This document shows, piece after piece, positions 18,009 to 27,743 of a stretch of DNA of 64,000 nucleotides. The stretch comes from Polyangiales bacterium (GTDB taxonomy: Bacteria > Myxococcota_A > Polyangia > Polyangiales > Ga0077539), in assembly GCA_044229975.1 (NCBI GenBank), contig JBGARZ010000012.1:286525-350524 (forward strand). Reading direction: 5' to 3'. The translations under genes were made by a program, and so were the position numbers. The notes under the pieces were generated by a model, which saw only the letters and a list, made by a program, of their open reading frames with translations, was not told where the DNA came from and made no database searches. Each line of letters starts with the position of its first letter. Position 1 is the first letter of the stretch.

Positions 18009-20969
18009 ATGCCCAGCGCCCCCACCAGAGAACTGCGCGAGGAGCTCGTCGCCGCCGCAACCGTCGGCGCGGCGTTCTTCGTCGTCACCCTCGGGAGCGT
18101 CGCCCTCACCGCCGGGCAGGAGAACGTCGCGGCCCTCCGCCTCGGCGGCGCCATCCTCCTCGGCGTGCTGCTGCGTCGGCCGCCCGCGCGTCCGTGGCTG
18201 TTCTTCGCGTTCTCCTTCGTCGCGCTCTTCGTCACGGTCACCGTCGCCGGCCGTCCCTGGTGGTCCGCCGCCGTCACCACGACCCTGCGCATCGGCGAGA
18301 TCGCCCTCGCCTACGTCCTCCTGCGCGCGCACGCCCCGGCCGTCGCCGGGCTCCGCAGCCTCACCGCCCTCGCCCGCGTCGGCGCCGTGGCCGTCCTCGC
18401 GACGCCCCTCCTCGGCGGCGTCGCCGGGGCGGGCATCCTGCACCTCGGCCGCGGCACCCCCTTCCGTGTCACGTTCGTCAACTGGTGGATGGGCAACGCC
18501 TTCGGGATGCTCGCCGTCCTCCCGCTGGTGCTCGCGTGGTCGCCCGAGCGCCTGCGCTCCCTGCGCGCCCACGCCGGCCGCGCCCTCGTCGGGCTCGTCA
18601 CGACCCTCGCCACCACCGCCGTCGCGCTGGAGTTCATGGCGCGGCCCTTCGTGGTGCTCACCCTGCCGCTGGTGATCGTCGCGCTCACCCTCGGGCTCTT
18701 CGAGACGACGCTCGTCTGCGCGCTCAACGCCGTGCTCGTGGTGACCCTGCGCTCCCTCGACGGGCTCGGCGTGCTGCACGTCCCCGGGGCCGACCACCTC
18801 GGCGAGCTCACCCACGCGCAGGTGCAGTTCTTCTGCGCCATCGGGCTCGTGGCGCCGCTCACCGCGAGCGTCCTCAACGCCCAGCGCGCGGAGGCGGCGC
18901 GGCTGCTGGCGGAGAGCGAGGCGCGCATCCAGGCGATCACCGACAACATCCCGGCCCTCATCGGCTACCTCGACGCCGACCTGCGCTACCGCTTCAACAA
19001 CCTCGCCTACGAGTCGTGGATGAAGCTCCCGCGGTCGGCCTACGAGGGCCGCACCCCCGCGGAGGTCTACGGCGACGAGGTGGCCGCCCCGATGATGGCG
19101 TTGCTGCGCGAGGTGCTGGGTGGAGGGCGCCAGGAGTTCGAGCGCACGCTCCCCACCGGGCGCGTGGTCTCGACGGTGCTGGTTCCCGATGAGCGCGACG
19201 GCGCGGTGCACGGCGTCTACCTGCTCTCCTTCGACGTGACCGAGCGGCGCGCCGTGGAGGAGGCCCTCTTCCGCGAGAAGGAGCGCGCCGAGGTGACGCT
19301 GCGCTCCATCGGCGACGGGGTGGTGACCGTCGACCTCGCGGGCAACGTCGACTACCTCAACCCGGTCGCCGAGGTGATGACCGGGTGGTCGCTCGACGAG
19401 GCCCGCGGCCGCCCCTCCAGCGAGGTGATGCGCCTCGTCGACGAGAGCGGCGAGGAGACGGGATTGTCCCCGCTCAGGCTCGCCGTGCAGGAAGACCGCA
19501 TCCTCGGCCTCGCCAGCGACGCGCTGCTCGAACGTCGCGACGGGTACCGCTCGCCGGTGGAGGACTCCGCGGCGCCCATCCACGACCGCGACGGCAACGT
19601 CATCGGCGGCGTGATGGTCTTCCACGACGTGAGCGAGGCGCGCGCGATGTCCATCAAGATGTCGCACCTCGCGCAGCACGATCACCTCACGGGCCTGCCC
19701 AACCGCATCCTGCTGCAAGACCGCTTCGCGCAGGCCGTGGCGCGGGGGAAGCGGGAGTCGACGTGCCTGGCGCTGATGTTCCTCGACCTCGACGGCTTCA
19801 AGCACATCAACGACTCGCTCGGTCACGAGGTGGGCGACCTGCTGCTGAAGGAGGTCACCGCGCGGCTCACCCGCGTGGTGCGCGCGTCGGACACGGTGAG
19901 CAGGCAGGGTGGTGATGAGTTCGTGATCCTGCTGCCGCGGGTGCGGGAGGTCGCCGACGCGGCGCTCGTCGCGGAGAAGCTGCTGGAGGCGGTGCGGCGG
20001 CCGGTGGTCATCGAGGGCGCCGAGCTCAACGTGACGTTGAGCATCGGGGTGAGCCTCTACCCCAACGACGGAACCGACCCCGCGGTGTTGATGAAGCACG
20101 CCGACGCGGCGATGTACCAGGCCAAGCAGGGCGGTCGCGACCAGTGCCGCTTCTACACGAAGGAGATCAGCGAGCGCGCCGACCGGCGATTGATGCTGGA
20201 GAGCAGCCTGCACCAGGCGCTGCGCAACCGGGAGTTCGCGGTGCACTACCAGCCCAAGGTGGGCTCGGCCGACGCGGCCATCACGGGCATGGAGGCGCTG
20301 GTGCGCTGGCGGCGCCCGACGGGCGAGGTGGTGCCGCCGGGGGAGTTCATCCACATCGCGGAGGAGAGCGGCCTCATCGGGCGCATCGACCTGTGGGTGC
20401 TCGAAGAGGCGTGCCGGCAGAACCGCGCGTGGCAGGACGCAGGGCTCTTGTCCGTGCCGGTGGCGGTGAACCTCTCGATGGCCTCGTTGGAGGTCGATCG
20501 TTTCCTGGAGCAGCTCGGGTTGATCCTGGAGCGCACCGGCCTCGCGCCCGAGTGGCTGGAGATCGAGTTCACCGAGAGCCAGATGTTGAAGGACACGGCG
20601 CGCTTCGAGCAGCTCATCGCGGGCGTGACGGGCCGCGGGGTGAAGGTCGCCATCGACGACTTCGGCACCGGGTACTCCAGCCTCAGCTACCTGTGCCGCT
20701 ACCCCTTCAACATCCTGAAGATCGATCGTTCGTTCGTGAACGATCTCGGCGGCGGGCACCGGCAGGTGGCGCTGGTCGACGCCATCGTCCGCATGGCCGA
20801 CGCGCTGGGCTACCGCGTCGTCGCCGAAGGGGTCGAGACCCCGGAGCAGGAGACGCTGCTGCGCGGCATGAAGTGCCACGAATTGCAGGGGTATCGGTAC
20901 AGCCGACCCGTGCCACCGGATGAGTTCGTGGGACTGCTGCGGCGGCGGTCGATCATGCCGGCGGCGTAG
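18009..20969 (+). CDS. MASE1-PAS-PAS-GGDEF-EAL diguanylate cyclase/phosphodiesterase
   Basis: Multi-TM N-terminus with WWMGNAFG, two PAS domains, D.LTGLPNR, QGGDEF, EALVRW, DDFGTGYSSL, EGVET. Confidence 0.95.
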   Translation: MPSAPTRELREELVAAATVGAAFFVVTLGSVALTAGQENVAALRLGGAILLGVLLRRPPARPWLFFAFSFVALFVTVTVAGRPWWSAAVTTTLRIGEIALAYVLLRAHAPAVAGLRSLTALARVGAVAVLATPLLGGVAGAGILHLGRGTPFRVTFVNWWMGNAFGMLAVLPLVLAWSPERLRSLRAHAGRALVGLVTTLATTAVALEFMARPFVVLTLPLVIVALTLGLFETTLVCALNAVLVVTLRSLDGLGVLHVPGADHLGELTHAQVQFFCAIGLVAPLTASVLNAQRAEAARLLAESEARIQAITDNIPALIGYLDADLRYRFNNLAYESWMKLPRSAYEGRTPAEVYGDEVAAPMMALLREVLGGGRQEFERTLPTGRVVSTVLVPDERDGAVHGVYLLSFDVTERRAVEEALFREKERAEVTLRSIGDGVVTVDLAGNVDYLNPVAEVMTGWSLDEARGRPSSEVMRLVDESGEETGLSPLRLAVQEDRILGLASDALLERRDGYRSPVEDSAAPIHDRDGNVIGGVMVFHDVSEARAMSIKMSHLAQHDHLTGLPNRILLQDRFAQAVARGKRESTCLALMFLDLDGFKHINDSLGHEVGDLLLKEVTARLTRVVRASDTVSRQGGDEFVILLPRVREVADAALVAEKLLEAVRRPVVIEGAELNVTLSIGVSLYPNDGTDPAVLMKHADAAMYQAKQGGRDQCRFYTKEISERADRRLMLESSLHQALRNREFAVHYQPKVGSADAAITGMEALVRWRRPTGEVVPPGEFIHIAEESGLIGRIDLWVLEEACRQNRAWQDAGLLSVPVAVNLSMASLEVDRFLEQLGLILERTGLAPEWLEIEFTESQMLKDTARFEQLIAGVTGRGVKVAIDDFGTGYSSLSYLCRYPFNILKIDRSFVNDLGGGHRQVALVDAIVRMADALGYRVVAEGVETPEQETLLRGMKCHELQGYRYSRPVPPDEFVGLLRRRSIMPAA

Positions 20970-20982
20970 GCGCCCTCTCATG

Positions 20983-21288
20983 CCGATTCACCCCTTGGAC
21001 GTTCGCAAGGTGGGGCCGGGGTTCACGGTGCAGGCTCCGCGTCCGTCGCGCTCCGTTCACCCCGGGCAATGGTAGGGGGGTCACCCCGCCGCTGCGCGAC
21101 GGGGTTGCAGGCCCGAGATCCATCGCGATCCCGATCAACGAAGCGGGGGCAGTGACTTCCGTTGCAACCCCATCGCAGAGCGATGGGGTGACCCCCTACC
21201 ATTGCCCGGGGTGAACGGAGCGCGACGGACGCAGAGCCTGCACCGTGAACCCCGGCCCCACCTTGCGAACGTCCAAGGGGTGAATCGG
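20983..21288. repeat. Inverted pair of REP-like elements (REPIN/BIME-like) between convergent genes
   Basis: 20983-21109 is the near-perfect reverse complement of 21163-21288. Each arm carries GTAG followed by hairpins. A third copy lies at 63852-63989. Confidence 0.92.
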
Positions 21289-21290
21289 TA

Positions 21291-23345
21291 CTACCGCCGC
21301 ACCAGCGACGACACCGCCGCGAGCAGCGCGCCCAGGTCCACCGGCTTCGAGACGTACCCGTCGAATCCTGCCCGCTGCGCGCTCGCGCGGTCTTCGGCGC
21401 GCGCGTACGCCGTCACCGCGAGCACCCGCGTCGCCCCGCCCCCGTCGGGCGGCAGCGCGCGCACGCGGCGCAGCAGCTCGTACCCGTCGACCGAGGGCAT
21501 CCCGATGTCGGACACCAGCACGTCGGGGCGCGTCCGTACGAGCAGCTCCAGCGCCTCCACCGCCGACCCCACCGTCGTCACGCGGGCGCCCGCCGTCTCC
21601 AGCATGAACGCCACCAGCGCACGCGCGTCGGGCTCGTCGTCGACCACCAGCGCTCGCACCCCCGTGAGCACCGGGCCATCCGGCGCAGACGGCTCGTCCG
21701 CCGACGCTGGGCCCGGGCGGTCGGACGCTGGTCCCTCCTCGTCGTCCCGCAGCGGCAGCCGCACCCGAAACACCGCCCCGCGGCCCAACCCATCGCTCGC
21801 GGCGGACACCGAGCCACCGTGCACGTTCACGAGCTGACGAACGATCGCCAGCCCCAACCCGAGGCCCCCGTGCGCGCGGCTCATGGTGCTGTCCGCCTGC
21901 CGGAAGCGGTCGAACACATGCGGCAGAAACTCCGGCGCGATGCCGCTCCCCGTGTCGCTCACCTCGACCTCCGCGAACCCATCGCGGGCGAAGAGACGCA
22001 GCGCGACCCTGCCGCCCTTCGAGGTGAATTTCAGGGCGTTGGAGAGGAGGTTCCAGGCCACCTGCTGGAGGCGGTCGGGGTCGCCGTGGATGCGCCCGAC
22101 GTCCGCGTCGAGCGCCGCGGTGAGCTCGATGCCCTTGGCCTCCGCCGTCGGCCGCACCGCGTCCATCGCGGCCAGCAACACCTCGCGCATCCCCACCGGG
22201 CGAAACTCCACCCGCAGCTTGCCGGAGATGATCCGCGACACGTCGAGGATGTCCTCGATGATCTGCGCCTGCGCCTTCGCGTTGCGCTCGATGGTCTCGA
22301 TGGCCCGCTGCCGGCGGTCGGGCGAGATCTGCGCGCCGAGCAGCATCCGCGACCACCCGAGAATCGCCGTCAGCGGCGTGCGCAGCTCGTGCGACACCGT
22401 CGCCAGGAACTCGTCCTTCATCCGGTTGGCCGCCTCGGACTCCCGCAGCGCGGCCTGCTCGCGCGCCCGCAGCGACGCCCGCTCGGTGATGTCCGTCAGC
22501 GACACCACGCACCCGAGCGCCTGGCCCTCCGCGCTCACCAGCGGGCCCGCCGACGCCAGCAGGCTCGCGTCGCTCCCGTCCGCGCGGGCCATGGTCACTT
22601 CGACCCCGCTCAGCACCTCGCCCCGCAGCGCGGCGCCCGGGATGCCGCCCTCCCCCAACGCATCGCCGCGCAGTGGAAACGCCATCGCGAAGGGTCGCAG
22701 CAGCGGGTTGTGCGCCGCCAGCCGGTGCGCGCCGCGGCTCGCCCGGATGACCCGCGCGTGGGGGTCGCACACCACGATCGCCTCGGTGCTCTGCTCCAGG
22801 ATGGAGGCCGCGAGGCGCTCGGCCGCCACGATGGCCTGGTTGCGCTTCTGGTCGGTGAGGTCGGTCACCACGAGGCACACGCCCGGGACCTCCCCCTCGC
22901 CGCTCGCCGTCGCCGACAGGTGCACCGGCACGACGGCCCCGACCGCGCTGACCAGCTCGAGCTCGGCGCGCGCCGTCTCTGGCGCGACGAGGCCCAGCAG
23001 CGCGTCGAAGGTGGGCCGCCACGACGTCCGCACGAAGCGGTGCACCTGCGAGCCCGTCACCCGCGCGAGCGGCGTCGCCACCATCGCGGCGAAGCGGCGG
23101 TTGCAGTAGAGCACCGTTCCGTCGAGGCCCACGATGGCCGCGCCCTCGTCCATGGTCTCCACCAGCCGCCGGTACCGATGATCGGCGCCCTGGAGCGTGA
23201 ACACCTTCTCCCCTTCGGGAGAGTGCACCACCAGCGCGTCGACGTGGCCCGAGCGGATGGCGTCGAGCGTCTGCTCGGCCTCCTCCAGGCGCTCGCGCAG
23301 CGCCTCGATTTCGGCCTTCGTGTCGGCGCGCGTCCTTCGCGCCAT
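21291..23345 (-). CDS. PAS-PAS hybrid histidine kinase, last gene of the kai operon
   Basis: FLATVSHELRTPL, NLLSNALKF, DTGSG, FDRFRQ, GGLGLGL; REC VVDDE..VSDIGMP. ATG overlaps the kaiB stop (TGATG). Confidence 0.93.
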   Translation of the reverse strand: MARRTRADTKAEIEALRERLEEAEQTLDAIRSGHVDALVVHSPEGEKVFTLQGADHRYRRLVETMDEGAAIVGLDGTVLYCNRRFAAMVATPLARVTGSQVHRFVRTSWRPTFDALLGLVAPETARAELELVSAVGAVVPVHLSATASGEGEVPGVCLVVTDLTDQKRNQAIVAAERLAASILEQSTEAIVVCDPHARVIRASRGAHRLAAHNPLLRPFAMAFPLRGDALGEGGIPGAALRGEVLSGVEVTMARADGSDASLLASAGPLVSAEGQALGCVVSLTDITERASLRAREQAALRESEAANRMKDEFLATVSHELRTPLTAILGWSRMLLGAQISPDRRQRAIETIERNAKAQAQIIEDILDVSRIISGKLRVEFRPVGMREVLLAAMDAVRPTAEAKGIELTAALDADVGRIHGDPDRLQQVAWNLLSNALKFTSKGGRVALRLFARDGFAEVEVSDTGSGIAPEFLPHVFDRFRQADSTMSRAHGGLGLGLAIVRQLVNVHGGSVSAASDGLGRGAVFRVRLPLRDDEEGPASDRPGPASADEPSAPDGPVLTGVRALVVDDEPDARALVAFMLETAGARVTTVGSAVEALELLVRTRPDVLVSDIGMPSVDGYELLRRVRALPPDGGGATRVLAVTAYARAEDRASAQRAGFDGYVSKPVDLGALLAAVSSLVRR

Positions 23346-23686
23346 CAGCCATCCCCTCGGGGCTGGAGGTTGAGCCCGTGGAGCACGCGGGCCGTGTCGG
23401 AGAGGTCGCCGATGAGCCGCCGCAGCGGCCCCGGGCTCTCCCGGATGAGCGTCGGCACCGCGAGGATCTGCTCCGCCTTGGCGCGCTCGGGCTCTTGATA
23501 GACGTCGATCACTTCGAGCTGGTAGCGGCCCTTCAGGTAGGCCGCGCACACGGCCTTGAGGTTGACGAGCGCGCGCATCGACTGGGGCGTCCCTCCCGCG
23601 ACGTACAGCCGCAGCACGTAGCGCGACGACGCGGTTCCTGCGAGCGCAGCCTCGAAGGCAGTCGACGAGCTCTTCGAGGGCTTCAC
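23345..23686 (-). CDS. kaiB: Circadian clock protein KaiB family (copy 2)
   Basis: [43 protein letters not shown]. Confidence 0.93.
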   Translation of the reverse strand: MKPSKSSSTAFEAALAGTASSRYVLRLYVAGGTPQSMRALVNLKAVCAAYLKGRYQLEVIDVYQEPERAKAEQILAVPTLIRESPGPLRRLIGDLSDTARVLHGLNLQPRGDG

Positions 23687-24039
23687 GGCGCGCGCTTGCG
23701 GGTCGAGGGCGGCGGCACCGGGCGGAGGTTCAACCCCACCAGCACGCGCTCGGTGTTGGAGAAGTCCCCGATGATCTTCTTCACCGGCGGCGGGAGCTGC
23801 CGCACCAGCGTGGGAACCGCGAGGATCTGATCACCTCGCGCCAGCGCCGGGTTGATGAGCAGGTCGACGACCTCGATGCGGTAGCGCCCTTTGAGGTGCT
23901 CCTCGCAGATGCGCTTGAGGTTGGCGAAGGCCTCCAGGCTGCGAGGCGTCTGCCCGGCGACGTAGAGCCGCAGCTCCCACTGCTCCGGCTCGGGGGCCTT
24001 CGCCTTCGCCGCGGCGGCCCTCTTGCGCGGGGCGCTCAC
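23683..24039 (-). CDS. kaiB: Circadian clock protein KaiB family (copy 1)
   Basis: [52 protein letters not shown] overlaps the kaiC TGA. Confidence 0.93.
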   Translation of the reverse strand: MSAPRKRAAAAKAKAPEPEQWELRLYVAGQTPRSLEAFANLKRICEEHLKGRYRIEVVDLLINPALARGDQILAVPTLVRQLPPPVKKIIGDFSNTERVLVGLNLRPVPPPSTRKRAP

Positions 24040-25826
24040 GGCTTCCTCTTCGGCGCCACCAGGGCGGCCGTGTGCTTGCGCGCGCCCGTGCCGCTGGTGC
24101 GCAGCCGACGGATCTCCTCGCGGTCGGAGCCGATGCGGGCCTCGCGCCCGGCGGCCTCGTCGATGGCGCTGGTCATCTCGTCGACCTCCGCGGCGAACTC
24201 GGCTTGCAGCGCCAGGAGCTGCGCCTCGAAGGCCGCGCGCCGGCGGGTGAGGGTGCGCTGTCGACGGTCGGCCTCCTGTCGGCGCGTGAGGGCGGCGGCT
24301 TCGTCGGCCGCCACCTGGGCGACGCGGGCGGTGCCGGTGAGCACCCCGCCGGGGACGGAGTACACCTCGACGAGCTCGACGCCGTGGTCGGAGATCACGA
24401 ACTCCCGCACCTGGTTGGAGTGGGCCATGCCGCGGGACTTCACGACGTAGAGCCCGCGGTTGCGCTCGCCCCCGGCCTCCAGGTCGCGGAGCTGGAACCA
24501 CGTGTCGATGAGGGACGAGATGCCGATGGTGGAGTCCTCGGCGCTGGGGTTGTCGGTGAGCGACGTGAGGAGCGTGGAGATGCCCTTCACCTTCAGGCGG
24601 TCGAAGAGGCGCACCAGCATGGCCTTCACGTCGTGGGCGGTGCCCGCCGTGAGGAGGCTGGAGATGGGGTCGACGACGACGATCTGCGGCGCGATCTCGT
24701 CGACGGTCTGGTGCATGCTGATGAGGTGCATCTCCAGGCCGAAGAGCGTCGGGCGCGCGGCCTGGAAGCGCAGCAGGCCCTTCTTCACCCAGGCGTCGAG
24801 GTCGATGCCGATGGAGCGCATGTTGCGGACGACCTGCGCGGGTGACTCCTCCAGGGCGAAGTACACGCACGACTCTCCCCGCCGACACGCGGCGTCGACG
24901 AAGGACGCGGCGACGCTGGTCTTGCCGGTGCCCGCGGTGCCCGAGATGAGAACGCTCGACCCGCGGTAGTAGCCTTTGCCGCCGAGCATGTCGTCGAGGC
25001 GCGCGATGCCCGTGGAGACGCGGTCGGTGGACACCTCGTAGTCGAGGCCGAGGGCGGTGACGGGCAGCACCGACAAACCCCCGTTGGCGATGAGGAAGGG
25101 GTACTCGTTGGTTCCGTGGGAGGAGCCGCGGTACTTCACGATGCGGAGGCGGCGGGTGGACACCTGCTCGACGACGCGGTGGTCGAGCACGATCACGCAG
25201 TCCGAGACGTACTCTTCCAGGCCGTAGCGGGTGAGCGTTCCTTCGAGGCGCTCGGCGGTGATGACCGCGGTGACGCCGCGCTCCTTCAGCCAACGAAAGA
25301 GCCGACGTATTTCGCCGCGCAGCATGAGGGCGTCGCTGAAGCCGCCGAAGAGAACCTCCAGGGTGTCGAGCACGATGCGCTTCGCGCCGACGGCGTCGAT
25401 GGCCGCCCCGAGGCGCACGAAGAGCCCTTCGAGGCTGTACTCGCCGGTCTCCTCGATCTCGTGCGGGTCGACGTGGATGTAGTCGACGGCCATGAGCTTC
25501 TTGGCGCAGAGGCCGTCGAGGTCGAAGCCCAGCGAGGCGACGTTGGCGGAGAGTTCGTCGGCGGTCTCCTCGAAGGCGACAAAGACGCCGGGCTCGCCGT
25601 AGCGCGTCGCACCGCGGACGAGAAACTCCATGGCGAGGAGGGTCTTGCCGCAGCCCGGACCGCCCGAGACGAGCGTGGGGCGACCGGCGGGGAGTCCGCC
25701 GCCGGTGAGCTGGTCGAGCCCGTCGATGCCCGTCGCCGCCTTGGCGATCATGCGGGGCGACGAAGGAGTGGTTCGGGTGGGGCGAGGAGGACGAGCGGGA
25801 GGGAGTGAGCGTTTCTTTGGCTTCAT
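24036..25826 (-). CDS. kaiC: Circadian clock ATPase/kinase KaiC (double domain)
   Basis: [53 protein letters not shown]. Start is 25826 or alternatively 25751. Confidence 0.96.
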   Translation of the reverse strand: MKPKKRSLPPARPPRPTRTTPSSPRMIAKAATGIDGLDQLTGGGLPAGRPTLVSGGPGCGKTLLAMEFLVRGATRYGEPGVFVAFEETADELSANVASLGFDLDGLCAKKLMAVDYIHVDPHEIEETGEYSLEGLFVRLGAAIDAVGAKRIVLDTLEVLFGGFSDALMLRGEIRRLFRWLKERGVTAVITAERLEGTLTRYGLEEYVSDCVIVLDHRVVEQVSTRRLRIVKYRGSSHGTNEYPFLIANGGLSVLPVTALGLDYEVSTDRVSTGIARLDDMLGGKGYYRGSSVLISGTAGTGKTSVAASFVDAACRRGESCVYFALEESPAQVVRNMRSIGIDLDAWVKKGLLRFQAARPTLFGLEMHLISMHQTVDEIAPQIVVVDPISSLLTAGTAHDVKAMLVRLFDRLKVKGISTLLTSLTDNPSAEDSTIGISSLIDTWFQLRDLEAGGERNRGLYVVKSRGMAHSNQVREFVISDHGVELVEVYSVPGGVLTGTARVAQVAADEAAALTRRQEADRRQRTLTRRRAAFEAQLLALQAEFAAEVDEMTSAIDEAAGREARIGSDREEIRRLRTSGTGARKHTAALVAPKRKP

Positions 25827-25920
25827 GGTGTTGGCGCACCGGGTGCCGTAGGCCGCGCGCTCCCACGAGCGTGTCCTGCATCGGTGACATCCAACTGGTT
25901 GGTGACCTCCCCGCGAGGCG

Positions 25921-26919
25921 TCAACGGGGGGCGATGGCGACGGCCTCGACCGGAGGAATCGACAGCAACGTCGCTCGTTCGAGCACCCCGGTGGGTCCCA
26001 TGTCCCAGAGCCTCGTCTGCTGCGGGGCATCGGGGACGCCCGCCTCGTCGACGCGCGCCGAGAAGGCCAGCGGACGAAACGGCAGCTCCAGCCACCACTT
26101 GATGTCCTCGACCACGAGCCATCGACCGTCGACGCGCTTGCTCCACCGGAAGCGCGGGAAGTCACACGCCGCGAGAAAGGCCCTTAGCAGCGGGTCGCGC
26201 CGCGCCACCGTCGCCGCCTCGTCGTCGCGCCCGGAGTCCACGCGCTGCCACCGCGCGAAGCCGAGCGGCGTCGCGGCCCCGACGAGGTACTGCGACCCGA
26301 GGTCGACGATGACCAGCCAGCGCCACGGGGCCAGGAGGCGCGGTTCGAGCACCGGCTCGACGCCTGGGTGACCGAGCGCGGAGAGCTCGCGGCGCGCTCG
26401 CGCGGTGAGCCACGATCGCACCGCGACGGCCGTGAGCAGGTACGCGCCGACGGCCGACAGCGCGATGAGGTGACGACCGCCGAAGAGCCCGGCGGCGAGC
26501 AGCGCGAGGACGATCGGGTCGACGATGAAGTGCGATCGCGTGGTGAGGCGCGCGGGGGAGAAGGGGAAGCCGAGGGCGGTTCCGAAGCTGGTGACGACGT
26601 CGAGGAGCAGGTGCGTGGCGATGGCGGCGACGGCGGCGAGCGCGAGGCGAACGACACCAGCACCGGCCGCGGGCGTGAGGAGGGCGACGGCCACGACGGG
26701 GATGGCGAGCGCGAAGGCGGGCAGGGCGCCGTGGAGGGCGACGCGGTGGTAGCGCCAGCCGGCGAGCTTGCCGCGGATCTCGACGAGGGCGTCGAGGTCG
26801 GGCGCGACGCCCGCGACGGCGCCGACGAGGGTCATGGCGGTGGCGAGGGCGGGGCGATCGGCGGGGGCGAAGCAGCGGGCCGCGAGGGCGCCGGCGAGCG
26901 CGTGGGCGATCAGGTCCAC
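25921..26919 (-). CDS. Membrane metal-dependent hydrolase (YdjM-like)
   Basis: DLIAH, APDLD, YHRVALH, THLLLDVVTSFGT, IVDP motifs; several TM helices. Confidence 0.85.
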   Translation of the reverse strand: MDLIAHALAGALAARCFAPADRPALATAMTLVGAVAGVAPDLDALVEIRGKLAGWRYHRVALHGALPAFALAIPVVAVALLTPAAGAGVVRLALAAVAAIATHLLLDVVTSFGTALGFPFSPARLTTRSHFIVDPIVLALLAAGLFGGRHLIALSAVGAYLLTAVAVRSWLTARARRELSALGHPGVEPVLEPRLLAPWRWLVIVDLGSQYLVGAATPLGFARWQRVDSGRDDEAATVARRDPLLRAFLAACDFPRFRWSKRVDGRWLVVEDIKWWLELPFRPLAFSARVDEAGVPDAPQQTRLWDMGPTGVLERATLLSIPPVEAVAIAPR

Positions 26920-27743
26920 GCGTGGCCCCGATCGTTGCGGCCGAGGGTGTGGAGCACCGGGCGGCCGTCGCGGGAGAGGGCGACCTGGGACACGCGCGCG
27001 CCGACGGTGGCGTGGAGGCGGTCTTCGCAGCGGTCCATGAGCTCCTCGTCGCCGCCGGGGGTGCGGGCGAGGGGCGCGAGGATGCGGGCGCGCACGGTGA
27101 GACCGAAGGTGGGGAGCACACCGCCGCGGCCGAGAAATTTCGCGATCTCCTCGAAGACCACGGGGATGACCACGGCGTCGGGCGCTCCGGCGAGGAGGGC
27201 GCGCAGGCCGGGTCGGTGGAAGGTGGCGATGGACTCGTCGCCCCAGGGCTTGCGGCCTTCGGGGAAGATGATGGCGCCGCGGCGGCGCTCGGTGATGCGC
27301 TGACCGAGCGCGTGGAGGCGGGCTTCGTTGCCCTCGCGGTCGCCGCGCTGGAGGATGAGGGAGCCGGTTCCGCGGAGGAAGACGCTGACGGTGGGGCACC
27401 AGCGGTCGAGGCCCGCGCGGGCGACGTAGGCGGGCGAGTCTTCCATGAAGACGCACGCGCCCAGGAGCAGGTCGACGGGCGGCTGGTGGTTGGCGACGAC
27501 GATGAAGGGCGCGTGGCCGACGGCCGCGGGCATCGCGCCTTCGACCTCGAAGCGCATGCGAAACACCACGCGGAAGATGGCGAGGTACGCGCGCGCCGTG
27601 GCGGCCACCGCGCGATAGAAGGCGGGCTCACCGCCGAAGCGCAGCGCGAGGTGCATGCGCAGGTCGTACGCAAACAGAACGATCACGATGAAGGGCGCCG
27701 CGACCGCGAGGGTCGCGAGGTCGAGGGCGCGACGCGGGCTCAC
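26910..27743 (-). CDS. Lysophospholipid/glycerolipid acyltransferase (PlsC-like)
   Basis: ANHQPPVD (HxxxxD) and IFPEG; overlaps both neighbours. Confidence 0.87.
   Translation of the reverse strand: MSPRRALDLATLAVAAPFIVIVLFAYDLRMHLALRFGGEPAFYRAVAATARAYLAIFRVVFRMRFEVEGAMPAAVGHAPFIVVANHQPPVDLLLGACVFMEDSPAYVARAGLDRWCPTVSVFLRGTGSLILQRGDREGNEARLHALGQRITERRRGAIIFPEGRKPWGDESIATFHRPGLRALLAGAPDAVVIPVVFEEIAKFLGRGGVLPTFGLTVRARILAPLARTPGGDEELMDRCEDRLHATVGARVSQVALSRDGRPVLHTLGRNDRGHAWT

Noticed and set aside
18000..20981. 993-aa antisense ORF and many similar long ORFs (e.g. 1970-4105, 15696-17912, 47404-49680, 57050-59068)
   Set aside because: Shadow ORFs of GC-rich coding strands: Arg/Gly/Pro-rich, without motifs, and overlapping well-supported genes.
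18009..23345. Direct functional coupling of the c-di-GMP enzyme to the kai kinase
   Set aside because: Only convergent adjacency, separated by a mobile repeat pair; no sequence evidence of co-regulation.
25834..25848. sigma54-like motif CGGCACCCGGTGCGC upstream of kaiC (minus strand)
   Set aside because: Poor -12 element, too close to ATG 25826, and such matches arise easily at this GC content.
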